Assembly: GCA_902614655.1 (NCBI GenBank)
Contig: CACMLX010000001.1
Coordinates: 69,127 to 133,126, forward strand
Direction: 5' to 3'
Length of the DNA: 64,000 bases
Source: an uncultured Pelagibacteraceae bacterium
Lineage (GTDB): Bacteria; Pseudomonadota; Alphaproteobacteria; Pelagibacterales; AG-422-B15
In this document: positions 20,530 through 31,438 of the stretch, piece by piece
Position numbering within the stretch: position 1 is the first letter of the stretch
Layout: each line of letters opens with the position of its first letter
Notes under the pieces: generated by a model
Told to the model about the DNA's origin: nothing
Database searches by the model: none
Seen by the model: only the letters and a program-made list of their open reading frames with translations
Position numbers and translations under genes: made by a program

Positions 20530-21956
20530 TAGAGGGTTGGAATTTAGTTATTGGAATAGAGATTCATGCTCAGGTTAATTCAAAATCTAAATTATTTTCA
20601 TCATCACCAACCGATTTTGGATCTAAACCTAATAGTCAAGTTAGTTTAATTGATGCAGCAATGCCAGGTATGCTGCCTGTAATTAATAAATTTTGTATTG
20701 AGCAAGCCGTTAAGTCAGGGATTGGATTAAATGCAAAAATAAATAAAAAATCTATTTTTGATCGTAAGAATTATTTTTATCAAGACCTACCACAAGGCTA
20801 CCAGATATCTCAGTATAAGGACCCAATAGTGGGAGAAGGATTTGTTGAAATAGAAACTGAAAATGGTCAAAAGAAAATAGGAGTTGAAAGACTTCATTTA
20901 GAACAAGATGCAGGTAAAAGTTTGCACGATCAGGATCCAAACTTCACTTTTGTTGACTTGAATCGTTCAGGAATTGCTTTAATGGAAATTGTATCTAAAC
21001 CAGATATGAACTCACCAGAGGAGGCTGTTGAATATGTTCGAAAAGTTAGAAGTATTCTAAGATATCTTGGTACATGTGATGGAAATATGGAACAAGGATC
21101 TCTAAGAGCCGATGTAAATGTTTCTGTAAACAAGCCTGGAAATGAATTAGGTACAAGGTGCGAAATCAAAAACTTAAACTCATTTAAATTTATTCATGCA
21201 GCTATCGTTTATGAAGCAAAAAGACAAATAAGACTAATTGAGCAAGGAGATAGTGTTAATCAAGAAACAAGATTATTTAATACGCAGTCTGGTGAAACGA
21301 GATCAATGAGGTCAAAAGAAGATGCTCATGATTATCGATATTTTCCTGATCCAGACCTTTTGCCACTCACTTTGGATGATGACTGGATTAAAGGTTTACA
21401 AGACTCAATACCAGAATTGCCAGATCAAATAAAAGAGAGGTTAATTAATGAATACTCTCTTAGTTCTTATGACGCTAATATTATTGTTTCAGACAAAGCA
21501 ACAAGTGAATATTTCGAAGACGTTGTAAAGAATAGGAATCCAAAACTTGTAACAACATGGGTTACTGGTGAATTATTTTCAATACTTAATAAAAAAAATC
21601 TTATTATTGAGGATAGTCCTATTACTTCAAAACAACTTGGTGAACTGGTTGATAACATCGAAAATGGTAAGATTTCAAACCGTCAAGCAAAGGAAGTGCT
21701 GGAGGAAATGTGTGAAAGTGGCAAAGGTGCGTTGGAAATTATTGATGAAAAAGGTTTATCTCAAATTAGTAATGAAAATGAAATAGAAAGCCTAGTTGAT
21801 AATGTATTAAATTCAAATCCAGAAAACGTTAAAAAATATAAAAATGGAAAAGATAAACTTTTTGGTTTTTTTGTTGGTGAGGCCATGAAACTTTCTAAAG
21901 GTAAAGCTAATCCAAAAATAGTTAATGACCTTATCAAGAAAAAGTTATCACAATAA
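20526..21956 (+). CDS. gatB: Asp/Glu-tRNA(Asn/Gln) amidotransferase subunit B
   Basis: N-terminus WNLVIGIEIHAQV and a C-terminal YqeY-like tail. The ATG at 20526 forms an ATGA overlap with the gatA stop; the ORF-track start at 20514 is 4 codons upstream. Confidence 0.95.
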   Translation: MIEGWNLVIGIEIHAQVNSKSKLFSSSPTDFGSKPNSQVSLIDAAMPGMLPVINKFCIEQAVKSGIGLNAKINKKSIFDRKNYFYQDLPQGYQISQYKDPIVGEGFVEIETENGQKKIGVERLHLEQDAGKSLHDQDPNFTFVDLNRSGIALMEIVSKPDMNSPEEAVEYVRKVRSILRYLGTCDGNMEQGSLRADVNVSVNKPGNELGTRCEIKNLNSFKFIHAAIVYEAKRQIRLIEQGDSVNQETRLFNTQSGETRSMRSKEDAHDYRYFPDPDLLPLTLDDDWIKGLQDSIPELPDQIKERLINEYSLSSYDANIIVSDKATSEYFEDVVKNRNPKLVTTWVTGELFSILNKKNLIIEDSPITSKQLGELVDNIENGKISNRQAKEVLEEMCESGKGALEIIDEKGLSQISNENEIESLVDNVLNSNPENVKKYKNGKDKLFGFFVGEAMKLSKGKANPKIVNDLIKKKLSQ

Positions 21957-22004
21957 AGTAATTCCTTTTAATCGATATAAATTTGATATATTAAAACAAT
22001 GTGT

Positions 22005-22098
22005 GGAGAGATGGGTGAGTGGTTGAAACCGGCTCCCTGCTAAGGAGTTGTGCGGGCTTATACCCGTACCGAGGGTTCGAATCCCTCTCTCTCCGCCA
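22005..22098 (+). tRNA. tRNA-Ser (anticodon GCU), including encoded CCA
   Basis: Acceptor GGAGAGA/TCTCTCC, anticodon arm GCTCC-CTGCTAA-GGAGT, long variable arm (class II), T-arm GAGGG-TTCGAAT-CCCTC, discriminator G and CCA. Confidence 0.93.
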
Positions 22099-22109
22099 CA
22101 CTACTGTTT

Positions 22110-24224
22110 TTATGATTCTTTTTTCTTACTTGGTTTAATTAAGGTCTTTCCTCCAACATAAGCACGATTGAGATTATAAGATAAAGTATACTCAATTGGT
22201 TTCAATCCATTCTCAATAAATTCATATACTTGAATATTTTCCATTACTCTTTGAACATAGTTTCTTGTTTCTTTGAAAGGTATCAACTCTATCCAATTTT
22301 CACTTGTAATATCATCTTTTCTTGGGTCCCCATATTTTTTTATCCATCTGGAAACTCGTGATTCACCCGCATTATAAGCTGCAAGAGACAAAATGTATGA
22401 GCCATTGTAGTTCGAGAGCAATTTATCCAAATAAGCACTTCCTAAAATTACATTATATTTTGGATCTTCAGTTAATTTACTCTTTGTATATTCAAGCTTT
22501 AACCCTTTTGAGACTCTTTTTGCAGTATACGGCATAAGTTGCATTAGTCCTTTAGCTCCTGCATAACTTCCAGCTTTAGGATCAAACTGACTCTCTTGTC
22601 TTGTTACAGAATGTATTAGACTTTGATCTGGAAAAATAATTTTTCCAAATTCAGGTCTTTCAATTTGAGGAAAGCTTAGAGGGTCAAGAATTGTGTGGTT
22701 ATAATATAAAATTTTACCTGCTTGAACTGCAAAATCATGTCTTTCTATATCATTTGCAGTTTTGACAGAATTTACAGAAGTACTAAGGTTGTCACGATCA
22801 GCAAGATCCCAAATAAATTTTTTAACCAATTTAGGTCTATCAAATTCATTCAATAAAGAGATTGATAAATAAACTGGTCGATTTTCTTTATAATCAGTGT
22901 TGTTAGCATCGGAATACTCTACTAGCATTGGTTCAAATAATTTCTTTTTTGATAATTTGCTCGCTGCGAGCTGACCATAAAAGGTAAGACTGTATAAAGA
23001 AGCCTTTTCATACCAGCTTTGTGACTCTGTAGCACTACCAACTTCCTCTAATGCATTTCCCATCCAATAGGCGGCTCTTGCTTTTGAGATTGGTCTTGAT
23101 GAAACATTCCAAATTTCTTGAAAATGAAGATAGGCTGATTCTGGATTAGCTAAAAAAGTAAGAGCGATCCAACCAGCTAACCATTCAGCCTCAGCAATAT
23201 CTTTACTTTCATTCAAACCGTGATTTATGGCAAGCGCGTATGCAGTTTCATATTCATGACGGTCAATTAAACGCCTAATAAGAAAACTTTTTTTATCCCA
23301 AAATTTGTCTGGGCGAACTAACTCATTTGAATTTGATTTATTGATATCTAATAATAATACTAGTGCACTATCATACTTTCTTTTTTTTATTCGCCAATTG
23401 ATTCGATCATAAACAAGCCCAGGATCATTTTTCAATTCATCTGGAACCAGCTTTATTAAATTATCTACACCACCCGCAAATGAAATTAATCCTATCCTGG
23501 CTTCAAATAGTTTTTGATAATCTTTATCGACATATTTTACCAATCTGGCTGCAGTCCTATATTTTCCATCCCACAGTAATTTATTAATTCTTCTCAGATG
23601 ATGATCTTTATTTAGAATACTTTTATAAGTTTTTATGATTTGAGATTGTTCTTTTCTAGTAAAGCTGCCACCGATATAGCCGTCAATGATAAGTCTCTTT
23701 CCTTCTTCAGATTTGCCACTGTTAAGAAGTGCATTACCCAGATAAATTCGACCCAAGCCTGTTTCTGGAGGATTATCGCTAAAGTAATTTATTAAATCTT
23801 CATAATTATCTCTAAATGTAATTTTTGATTCAGCTTTAAGTTTTATTTTTTCAATTTCAGGCCAATTTGAATTTTTCTTAATATATGTTCTGTAATCAGA
23901 AAATGTTAAATTACTTGCACCATTATAATATTTAAGCCAGTTTAGGGTTTCTTTTGCTGTTTCATTTTTAATATTACTGCTTATTCCATTTACTCGATCC
24001 CATTTATATTCATCCGCCTTGTCGAGCGCTAACTCAAATAACTCATAGTCTTTATTGCTCAACAATTGAGAGAGTGCAGGCTGCACTGGTTTTTTTATCG
24101 GGATCGAGAACCCAGGTCCCGGCAATTCAATGTATAGACTTCTCTTTACAGGCGTTATTTCTCCAAAAGAAGATATTCCTGAAATAAAAAATAGACTTAC
24201 TACAAAAATGATTAATTTTTTCAC
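22110..24224 (-). CDS. slt: soluble lytic murein transglycosylase (Slt70-like)
   Basis: N-terminal signal peptide, long alpha-superhelical region, and C-terminal SLT domain with catalytic-Glu motif TRQESQFDP...GLMQLMP and AYNAG. Confidence 0.9.
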   Translation of the reverse strand: MKKLIIFVVSLFFISGISSFGEITPVKRSLYIELPGPGFSIPIKKPVQPALSQLLSNKDYELFELALDKADEYKWDRVNGISSNIKNETAKETLNWLKYYNGASNLTFSDYRTYIKKNSNWPEIEKIKLKAESKITFRDNYEDLINYFSDNPPETGLGRIYLGNALLNSGKSEEGKRLIIDGYIGGSFTRKEQSQIIKTYKSILNKDHHLRRINKLLWDGKYRTAARLVKYVDKDYQKLFEARIGLISFAGGVDNLIKLVPDELKNDPGLVYDRINWRIKKRKYDSALVLLLDINKSNSNELVRPDKFWDKKSFLIRRLIDRHEYETAYALAINHGLNESKDIAEAEWLAGWIALTFLANPESAYLHFQEIWNVSSRPISKARAAYWMGNALEEVGSATESQSWYEKASLYSLTFYGQLAASKLSKKKLFEPMLVEYSDANNTDYKENRPVYLSISLLNEFDRPKLVKKFIWDLADRDNLSTSVNSVKTANDIERHDFAVQAGKILYYNHTILDPLSFPQIERPEFGKIIFPDQSLIHSVTRQESQFDPKAGSYAGAKGLMQLMPYTAKRVSKGLKLEYTKSKLTEDPKYNVILGSAYLDKLLSNYNGSYILSLAAYNAGESRVSRWIKKYGDPRKDDITSENWIELIPFKETRNYVQRVMENIQVYEFIENGLKPIEYTLSYNLNRAYVGGKTLIKPSKKKES

Positions 24225-24304
24225 GGAATAGTCATTTGTTTGATTTGCACAAGTATATTTATGATTAAGGTTTTTTTAAATAATTAAAAGTGCTATTGTA
24301 AACG

Positions 24305-25177
24305 ATGTTTAAAGGATCTCATACAGCATTAATTACGCCTTTTGACGGTAAATCTATTGATGAAAAATCATTTAGGTCTCTGATAGATTTTCAAATATCA
24401 GAAGGTATACATGGACTGGTTCCTGTAGGTACAACAGGCGAGTCACCAACTTTAAGCCATGAAGAACACAAGCTAGCAGTTGAGATATGTGTTGAAGAGA
24501 CAGCAAAACGTGTACCAGTAATAGCAGGAACAGGATCAAACAACACCGACGAAGCGATCGATCTAACTATGCACGCTGAAAAAGCAGGTGCTGATGGAGC
24601 TTTAGTGGTTACACCATATTATAATAAACCTACACAACATGGTTTATACTCACACTTTGAGGCAATTAGTAAGGCAACTACACTTCCAATTATTATTTAT
24701 AATATTCCTGGCAGATCAATTGTTGATATGAATACAAAAACAATGAGGGATTTGTTTAAAATTAAAAACATTGTTGGAGTAAAGGATGCTACTTCAGATA
24801 TACCAAGAGTTTATGAAACGAAAACAACAATAGGAGAAGATTTTAATCAATTAACAGGAGATGATGCAACTACGTTAGCATTTATGATTTACGGTGGTCA
24901 TGGATCTATCTCAGTGACGTCTAATATCGCCCCAAAATTATGTTCTGAATTTATGAAATATTGTTTAGATAAAAATTTCGCTAAAGCTTCTGAGATAAAT
25001 GACAAACTGATGCCGTTACATCATGCTTTATTTGTTGAGTCCAGTCCTGCCCCAGTAAAATATGCAGCTTCTAAGCTTGGTTTATGCAAAGATGACATAA
25101 GACTGCCGCTTACAAGTATATCAGATGAAACTAAGCAATTAGTTGATAAAGCCATGAAGCACGCATCATTAGTATAG
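24305..25177 (+). CDS. dapA: 4-hydroxy-tetrahydrodipicolinate synthase
   Basis: [15 protein letters not shown] and YNIPGRS motifs; 290 aa. Confidence 0.95.
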   Translation: MFKGSHTALITPFDGKSIDEKSFRSLIDFQISEGIHGLVPVGTTGESPTLSHEEHKLAVEICVEETAKRVPVIAGTGSNNTDEAIDLTMHAEKAGADGALVVTPYYNKPTQHGLYSHFEAISKATTLPIIIYNIPGRSIVDMNTKTMRDLFKIKNIVGVKDATSDIPRVYETKTTIGEDFNQLTGDDATTLAFMIYGGHGSISVTSNIAPKLCSEFMKYCLDKNFAKASEINDKLMPLHHALFVESSPAPVKYAASKLGLCKDDIRLPLTSISDETKQLVDKAMKHASLV

Positions 25178-25179
25178 CT

Positions 25180-25617
25180 TTGCAAATAGCAGTTCAAAAC
25201 AGAAAAGCAAAGTATAATTATACATTTGTTGAATTATTTGAGGCAGGAATTGAACTACAAGGTAGTGAGATAAAATCGCTTCGAAATGGAAGGGTTGAGA
25301 TAGCCGAGTCATATGCAAGGGAAGATAATAGTGAAATATTTTTAATAAACTCACATTTCTCGAAATATTCTAATGCTTCATATCTAAATCATGTTGAAAA
25401 TCGTCCACGAAAATTACTTTTGCATAAAAAAGAAATCAGAAAAATCATTGGAAAATTAAATAAAGAGTCACTTACTTTGATCCCAACAAAAATATACTTC
25501 AATAAAAAAGGTAAGGCAAAGTTGGAAATTGCTCTTGCTAAAGGAAAAAAACTACATGATAAAAGAGATACTAAAAAAAGAAAAGATTGGGTTAGGGAGA
25601 AAAAAAAGTACGGATGA
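25180..25617 (+). CDS. smpB: SsrA-binding protein SmpB
   Basis: NRKAKYNY...E.GI.L.G.EIKS N-terminus and basic C-terminal tail. Apparent TTG start at 25180. Confidence 0.92.
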   Translation: MQIAVQNRKAKYNYTFVELFEAGIELQGSEIKSLRNGRVEIAESYAREDNSEIFLINSHFSKYSNASYLNHVENRPRKLLLHKKEIRKIIGKLNKESLTLIPTKIYFNKKGKAKLEIALAKGKKLHDKRDTKKRKDWVREKKKYG

Positions 25618-26132
25618 TTTACGCTTTAGGAATTGGGTCAAACTCTAACTCAAGGTTTGGTAATAAATTAAATACACTTAAATTTGTTTTAAAAGAGTTA
25701 GAGCGTAACAATATCAAAGTAATAAAAAAGTCCAAATTATATTCATCGCCACCTAAAAATTTTAAAACTGCTGCCGAAACCTTTTTAAACGCTGCTTTAG
25801 TTGTTGAAACAAAATTAAAACCTAAAAATTTACTAATAATTTTAAAAAAAATTGAGAGAATTACTGGAAGATATGCCTACCGTAAGAATTCTTCTCGAAC
25901 ATGTGATTTGGATATTCTTTTACTTAGTAAGTCTAGCAAAATATTGATAAATGAGAACAAAAATTCTATTGAAATTCCACATCCAAGACTTCATGAGAGA
26001 AATTTTGTATTACGGCCTTTAATGGACATTTGTCCTGGATGGCTCCACTCTGAAAAAAAATCATCAATTATGAGGCTTCATAAAAGCTTGCATATTGAAG
26101 ATAAATTATACAAAGTCACTAATACCTTATAA
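25614..26132 (+). CDS. folK: 2-amino-4-hydroxy-6-hydroxymethyldihydropteridine pyrophosphokinase
   Basis: HPPK pattern (IYALGIGSN..., [22 protein letters not shown]); 172 aa. Confidence 0.88.
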   Translation: MIYALGIGSNSNSRFGNKLNTLKFVLKELERNNIKVIKKSKLYSSPPKNFKTAAETFLNAALVVETKLKPKNLLIILKKIERITGRYAYRKNSSRTCDLDILLLSKSSKILINENKNSIEIPHPRLHERNFVLRPLMDICPGWLHSEKKSSIMRLHKSLHIEDKLYKVTNTL

Positions 26133-26187
26133 ATAGTCATTTATTTTGGGCTTCACTTCGTAAATAATGTATGATTAATAGTGCATT

Positions 26188-28317
26188 ATGGCACAATCAA
26201 CAGTCTACAAACCTGCAAAACCGATTGATAAGCATCTTGACTCTAAATTAATAGAAAAAGCCTATTCTTTTGCAGTAGAGTGTCACAAGTCACAAAAAAG
26301 ACACTCAGGAGATCCTTATATATCTCATCCAGTTGCAGTTGCAGATATTCTGTTAAATTTAAAATTAGATACTTCCACAATTATTACGGGCTTATTACAT
26401 GACACGCTTGAGGATACACTTGCTACAGAAAATGAAATTGAAGAAAAATTTGGAAAAGAAGTCCTTCAATTAGTAAACGGTGTTACAAAACTATCAAAAA
26501 TCGAGACCTATACTGAAAACAAATTTCAAGCTGAAAATTTTAGAAAATTAATTTTAGCAATGTCGAAGGATATCAGGGTTTTGTTAGTAAAGTTAGCTGA
26601 CCGTTTGCATAACATGAGAACAATTCAATTTATTCCTCAGGAAAAAAGAAGACAGCGTATTGCATCTGAAACTCTAGAAATTTATGCTCCTCTTGCCGGA
26701 AGATTGGGAATGCATGAATTTAAAGATGAGTTAGAAGATTTGTCATTTCAAATTTTAAATCCATCAGCATATTCCTCATTGATGACAAGAATTGAGTATT
26801 TGAAAAAAGATAAATCTAATTTAACTGATAAAATAAAAACTAGAATATTCAGTCTTTTAGAAAAAAATGAAATTAATTGTCAAATAATCGGGCGTGAAAA
26901 AAAGATATCCTCTGTATGGAATAAAATGCAAAATAAGCAAATTGCTTTTAGACAATTGTCTGATATTTTTGCATATAGGATTATCACTGAAAGTATTGAG
27001 GACTGTTATAGTATACTAGGTATCATTCATAATCGGTGGTCTGCTGTCCCCGGCTCATTTAAAGATTACATATCGACACCAAAAATAAATAATTATCAGT
27101 CAATTCATACAACGATAGTTGGCCCCGAAAGACAAAGAGTTGAACTTCAAATTCGAACAAATGAAATGAACATTATAGCAGATAAGGGTATAGCCGCACA
27201 CTGGAGCTATAAAGAGAATTATAATTTAGTAGATAACTCTTCTTCAGATCCAGTTAATGTTACTTGGTTGAGAGATTTAGTGGAAATATTGGACAGCGGT
27301 GGAAGCTCTGAGGACTTACTTGAAGCTACAAAATTAGAAATGTTCCAAGATCAAGTCTTTTGTTTTACACCGAAAGGTGACTTAATTCATTTGCCTGCAA
27401 ATTCTAACTCTATCGATTTTGCTTATGCCCTTCATTCTGAAATTGGAAATCGTTGTGTTGGATGTAAGATTAATGGAAAACCTAGACCCTTATTTACAAA
27501 ACTTCAAAATGGAGATGAGATTGAAATACTAACATCAAAAAAACCATCTCCATCTGAAACTTGGGAAAATATTGTTACAACTGCAAAGGCACAGTCATCG
27601 ATAAAAAGATTTTTTAAAAAGCAACAAAAAGATGAATTTACAAGTCTAGGGTTAAAAATATTACACAAAGTCACAGGTAGAAATGAAGATATTTCAAACA
27701 CAGAAATTAGTAATTTTGCACAAAGTTTTAATAGAAAAAGTCCTGAGGAGTTTCTTATTGCTATTGGGAAAGGAAGTATAAAGCCACATCAATTATCAAA
27801 GCTTAAACCCCGTTCAACTTTATCATTTTTTTCTCGATACAGAAGAAGAGACACGAACGATAAGATGCCTTTAGAGATAAGTAACTTCCAACCTGGAATT
27901 GCAATTCATTATGCAGAATGCTGTTTCCCTTTACCTGATGAAAATATTTTAGGACTTACATCAGAAGACTCAGGTGTAATCGTTCATTCCAGTTTATGTA
28001 AGGAGCTAGATAAAGAAACAAAAAAAGTAGATTGGATCACTGCTTCATGGAAGGATGTAGATCCAAAGCAGTATTTTTCGTCAAGAATAAAAGTCTCAGT
28101 TAAAAATGAACCTGGATCTTTAGGTAAATTAGCAACCATTGTTGGAAGTGCAGGTGGTAATATAACTAACCTTAACATATCTGAAAAAGGCGATGATTAT
28201 TTTGATATGATTTTTATTATTGATGTTCATAATCTTGATCATCTGGATAAGATTATAGAAACTCTTTCAGAGGTGGATATTGTAAGTTCTGTAAGTAGGC
28301 TTTTGATAAATTTATGA
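26188..28317 (+). CDS. spoT: bifunctional (p)ppGpp synthetase/hydrolase (RelA/SpoT homologue)
   Basis: HD hydrolase motifs (HSGDPYISHP, HDTLEDT), synthetase region (YQSIHTTI, ELQIRT), and TGS and C-terminal ACT-like domains; 709 aa. Confidence 0.93.
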   Translation: MAQSTVYKPAKPIDKHLDSKLIEKAYSFAVECHKSQKRHSGDPYISHPVAVADILLNLKLDTSTIITGLLHDTLEDTLATENEIEEKFGKEVLQLVNGVTKLSKIETYTENKFQAENFRKLILAMSKDIRVLLVKLADRLHNMRTIQFIPQEKRRQRIASETLEIYAPLAGRLGMHEFKDELEDLSFQILNPSAYSSLMTRIEYLKKDKSNLTDKIKTRIFSLLEKNEINCQIIGREKKISSVWNKMQNKQIAFRQLSDIFAYRIITESIEDCYSILGIIHNRWSAVPGSFKDYISTPKINNYQSIHTTIVGPERQRVELQIRTNEMNIIADKGIAAHWSYKENYNLVDNSSSDPVNVTWLRDLVEILDSGGSSEDLLEATKLEMFQDQVFCFTPKGDLIHLPANSNSIDFAYALHSEIGNRCVGCKINGKPRPLFTKLQNGDEIEILTSKKPSPSETWENIVTTAKAQSSIKRFFKKQQKDEFTSLGLKILHKVTGRNEDISNTEISNFAQSFNRKSPEEFLIAIGKGSIKPHQLSKLKPRSTLSFFSRYRRRDTNDKMPLEISNFQPGIAIHYAECCFPLPDENILGLTSEDSGVIVHSSLCKELDKETKKVDWITASWKDVDPKQYFSSRIKVSVKNEPGSLGKLATIVGSAGGNITNLNISEKGDDYFDMIFIIDVHNLDHLDKIIETLSEVDIVSSVSRLLINL

Positions 28318-28898
28318 AAACTGAAAAAGAAATAAAAGATTTTTTTGAAAAAGTACAAGCTATTCAACATGGACACTTTATACTTTCATCGGGAAAAAGA
28401 TCCAAAATCTACTGTCAGTGTTCAAAGTTATTTGAAGATCCCCGAAATGGAGAGATGGTCTGCGAACAGTTAAAGTACAGGGTGCACGAAAATATTGATG
28501 ACGCGATTGATTATGTGATTTCTCCTGCTTTAGGAGGTCTTCTCGTAGGGTATGAGCTCGCAAGATCTCTAGGGTCTAAATTTATATTCTATGAGAGAGT
28601 CGATAACGAATTTGAATTGAGGAGAGGCTTTAATATTAAGGAAAATGCAAACGTCTTGTTCGTTGAGGATGTAATTACAACAGGGAAATCAACAAATGAA
28701 TGTTTAGAAAAACTAAAACCCCTAAATATTAATTTATTAGGCATCGCAGCAATCGTTGATCGTTCAAATCATAAATTATTTAAAGACTACAATGTAATAT
28801 CAGTCATAAAACTTGATATTCCAATTTATGATCCTGATAATCTCCCAGACGATCTAAATAAAATACCTGCAACAAAACCTGGTAGTAGAGTAATATAA
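28314..28898 (+). CDS. pyrE: orotate phosphoribosyltransferase
   Basis: PRPP-binding motif VLFVEDVITTGKST; 194 aa. Confidence 0.88.
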   Translation: MKTEKEIKDFFEKVQAIQHGHFILSSGKRSKIYCQCSKLFEDPRNGEMVCEQLKYRVHENIDDAIDYVISPALGGLLVGYELARSLGSKFIFYERVDNEFELRRGFNIKENANVLFVEDVITTGKSTNECLEKLKPLNINLLGIAAIVDRSNHKLFKDYNVISVIKLDIPIYDPDNLPDDLNKIPATKPGSRVI

Positions 28899-28901
28899 AA
28901 A

Positions 28902-29642
28902 ATGACCCTACCTCGTCTCGGTGTAAATATTGATCACGTAGCTACTCTTAGAAATGCTAGAGGAGAAAACTATCCAAGCCCATTAAGAGCTGCTCTTTTG
29001 TGCCAAGAATATGGAGCAGATGGCATAACTGCACATCTAAGAGAAGATAGGCGTCATATAAGAGACGAAGATATTAATGAAATTATAAAAAATATCTCTA
29101 TTCCGTTAAATTTTGAAATGGCACCAACCGATGAAATGGTTGATATAGCTGTGAATGTAGGCCCGAATGCATGTTGTATTGTTCCAGAAAAAAGAGAAGA
29201 AATAACCACTGAAGGCGGAATAGATGTGAGAAGTAATCATAATATTCTCTTACCAAAAATTGAAAAATTAAAAAAAAATAACATAAGGGTCTCTTTGTTT
29301 ATAGACGCTTCAACGGACCAAATCAAACTGGCCAAGGAGATTGGAGCTGACATTGTAGAGCTTCATACCGGAGAATTTTGTCGTAAAATAAACTATAATG
29401 AAGATGCTTCATCAGAACTTGAACGAATTAGAGAAGCAGCAGATTTTAGTAATAGTATTGGACTTGAATTACATTTTGGTCACGGAATAACATTCGACTC
29501 TGTAGGGGAACTATCTAAGATAAAGGAAGTAAAAGAGTTTAACATTGGACATTTTATCATTTCTGAGTCAGTTTTTCTTGGACTAGAAAAATCAATAAGT
29601 AAATTTAGAGAACTGATTAAAACAGGAAGGGAAATTCAGTGA
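28902..29642 (+). CDS. pdxJ: pyridoxine 5'-phosphate synthase
   Basis: LGVNIDHVATLRNARG, HLREDRRHI and EFNIGH motifs. Confidence 0.95.
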   Translation: MTLPRLGVNIDHVATLRNARGENYPSPLRAALLCQEYGADGITAHLREDRRHIRDEDINEIIKNISIPLNFEMAPTDEMVDIAVNVGPNACCIVPEKREEITTEGGIDVRSNHNILLPKIEKLKKNNIRVSLFIDASTDQIKLAKEIGADIVELHTGEFCRKINYNEDASSELERIREAADFSNSIGLELHFGHGITFDSVGELSKIKEVKEFNIGHFIISESVFLGLEKSISKFRELIKTGREIQ

Positions 29643-30019
29643 TAGGCCTAGGATCAGATTTAATTGATATTCGCAGAATAGAAAACACGCTTTCAAAGTT
29701 TGGAGATAGGTTTAAAAAAAGAATTTTTACAGAAAATGAGATAAAAAAATGTGAAAGAAGAAAAGAAAGTGCGGCTTGTTATGCTAAAAGGTTTGCAGCG
29801 AAGGAAGCTGCGGCAAAGGCTCTTGGTACAGGTTTTAGAAATGGAGTATTTTGGAGAGATTTAGAAGTTACCAATCTGCCCTCAGGAAAACCTACAATTA
29901 CTTTTCACGGAAATTCTCAACTTCAACTCAAAAAAATTGCGAACGATAAGGAGCCAGACATAAGTTTAACAATTACTGATGAGTTTCCTTACGCTCAAGC
30001 TATTGTAACAATTAATTAA
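29639..30019 (+). CDS. acpS: holo-[acyl-carrier-protein] synthase
   Basis: GSDLIDIRRIE and FAAKEAAAKALG motifs; 126 aa. GTG start overlaps the pdxJ stop. Confidence 0.92.
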   Translation: MIGLGSDLIDIRRIENTLSKFGDRFKKRIFTENEIKKCERRKESAACYAKRFAAKEAAAKALGTGFRNGVFWRDLEVTNLPSGKPTITFHGNSQLQLKKIANDKEPDISLTITDEFPYAQAIVTIN

Positions 30020-30023
30020 TTTA

Positions 30024-30758
30024 ATGACTGATAAATTTCTAAGTAAATCATGGTTTAAATCAAATTTGTTAACATTGATTTATGCATTGTTAATAGCTTT
30101 ATTGATCAGAACTTTTTTATTCCAACCATTTTTCATTCCCTCTTCCTCGATGGAGCCAAACTTACTTATTGGTGATCGGTTATTTGCTTCAAAGTACGAT
30201 TATGGCTACAGTAAACATTCATTTCCATTTAGTCTTGGGCCAATATCAGATCGAGTTTTATCAACAAATCCAGAAAGAGGAGATGTTATAATATTTAAAC
30301 CACCTCATACTAATTTGGACTATATTAAAAGATTAGTAGGTATGCCGGGTGATATCATTAAAGTTAAAAATGGTAAATTAATCATTAATGGTGAAAGTGC
30401 TAAATATACAGAATTAAGAGAGGATACGAAAATTTTAAAAAATGGACGCGTAGTAAAAGCAAGAGTTCTCATCGAAACTTTACCTAATGGAAAATCATAT
30501 GAAATTTATAATTATATAGACGGATCCCCTGGCGATAATACTAATGAAATAATTGTTCCTAACGACAGTTACTTTTTCCTAGGTGATAATAGAGATAATT
30601 CAAATGATAGCCGATTTTGGGGCTCTGTAAATTTTGATAGATTAGTAGGTAAGGCACAAATTATATTTTTTTCAACTGAAGGTGGTTCAAAATTTTATGA
30701 AATTTGGAAGTGGCCTTTTGATATACAATTTAAAAGGTTGCTAAAGCTAATAAGTTAA
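30024..30758 (+). CDS. lepB: signal peptidase I
   Basis: N-terminal TM segment, catalytic Ser motif SSSMEP, KRLVG.PGD and GDNRDNSNDSR boxes. Confidence 0.93.
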   Translation: MTDKFLSKSWFKSNLLTLIYALLIALLIRTFLFQPFFIPSSSMEPNLLIGDRLFASKYDYGYSKHSFPFSLGPISDRVLSTNPERGDVIIFKPPHTNLDYIKRLVGMPGDIIKVKNGKLIINGESAKYTELREDTKILKNGRVVKARVLIETLPNGKSYEIYNYIDGSPGDNTNEIIVPNDSYFFLGDNRDNSNDSRFWGSVNFDRLVGKAQIIFFSTEGGSKFYEIWKWPFDIQFKRLLKLIS

Positions 30759-31438
30759 TGGCAAAAAATTTATCAATTTTAGAAAAAAAAATTTCCTACA
30801 AATTTAAAGACAAAACCCTATTAAAACGGGCAGTCACACATAAGAGTTTCAAAAAACTAGAAAGTAATGAAAATTTAGAATTTCTCGGTGATAGGGTGTT
30901 AGGATTAGTAATTTCAGAAAAACTTTTAATAGATAAACCAGGTAAACAAGAGGGTTCTCTAGACAAAATGCTAAGTAGTCTGGTAGACAGAAATGCTTGC
31001 CATGAAATAGCAAAAAAAATATCCCTTGGAGATTTTATTTTTTTTGGACAAACTGAAAAATCATCACACGGTAACAATAAAAAAAGCATTCTATCTGATG
31101 CGTGTGAAGCATTGTTGGGAGCAATATATTTAGACTCTAGTTTTACTCAAGTAAGAAAAGTTATATTAGCATTATGGAAAACAAAGTTTGATAATATTGC
31201 TGAAGATATTATTGATGCAAAATCAAAGCTACAAGAGTGGACTCTAAAAAAATATAAAACCCTTCCTAAGTATAAAACAATCAGTAAAACTGGTCCTGAC
31301 CATAGCCCTAAATTTAAAATTCAAGTTGAATTTATGAATTATAAAAAAGCTATAGGAACTTCTTCATCAATAAAAGAATCAGAAAAAAATGCTGCACTTG
31401 CTTTCATAGAGAAAAATAAGATAAATTCTATTAAATGA
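30758..31438 (+). CDS. rnc: ribonuclease III
   Basis: RNase III signature NENLEFLGD, a later DA.EALLGAIYLD, and a C-terminal dsRBD. Confidence 0.93.
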   Translation: MAKNLSILEKKISYKFKDKTLLKRAVTHKSFKKLESNENLEFLGDRVLGLVISEKLLIDKPGKQEGSLDKMLSSLVDRNACHEIAKKISLGDFIFFGQTEKSSHGNNKKSILSDACEALLGAIYLDSSFTQVRKVILALWKTKFDNIAEDIIDAKSKLQEWTLKKYKTLPKYKTISKTGPDHSPKFKIQVEFMNYKKAIGTSSSIKESEKNAALAFIEKNKINSIK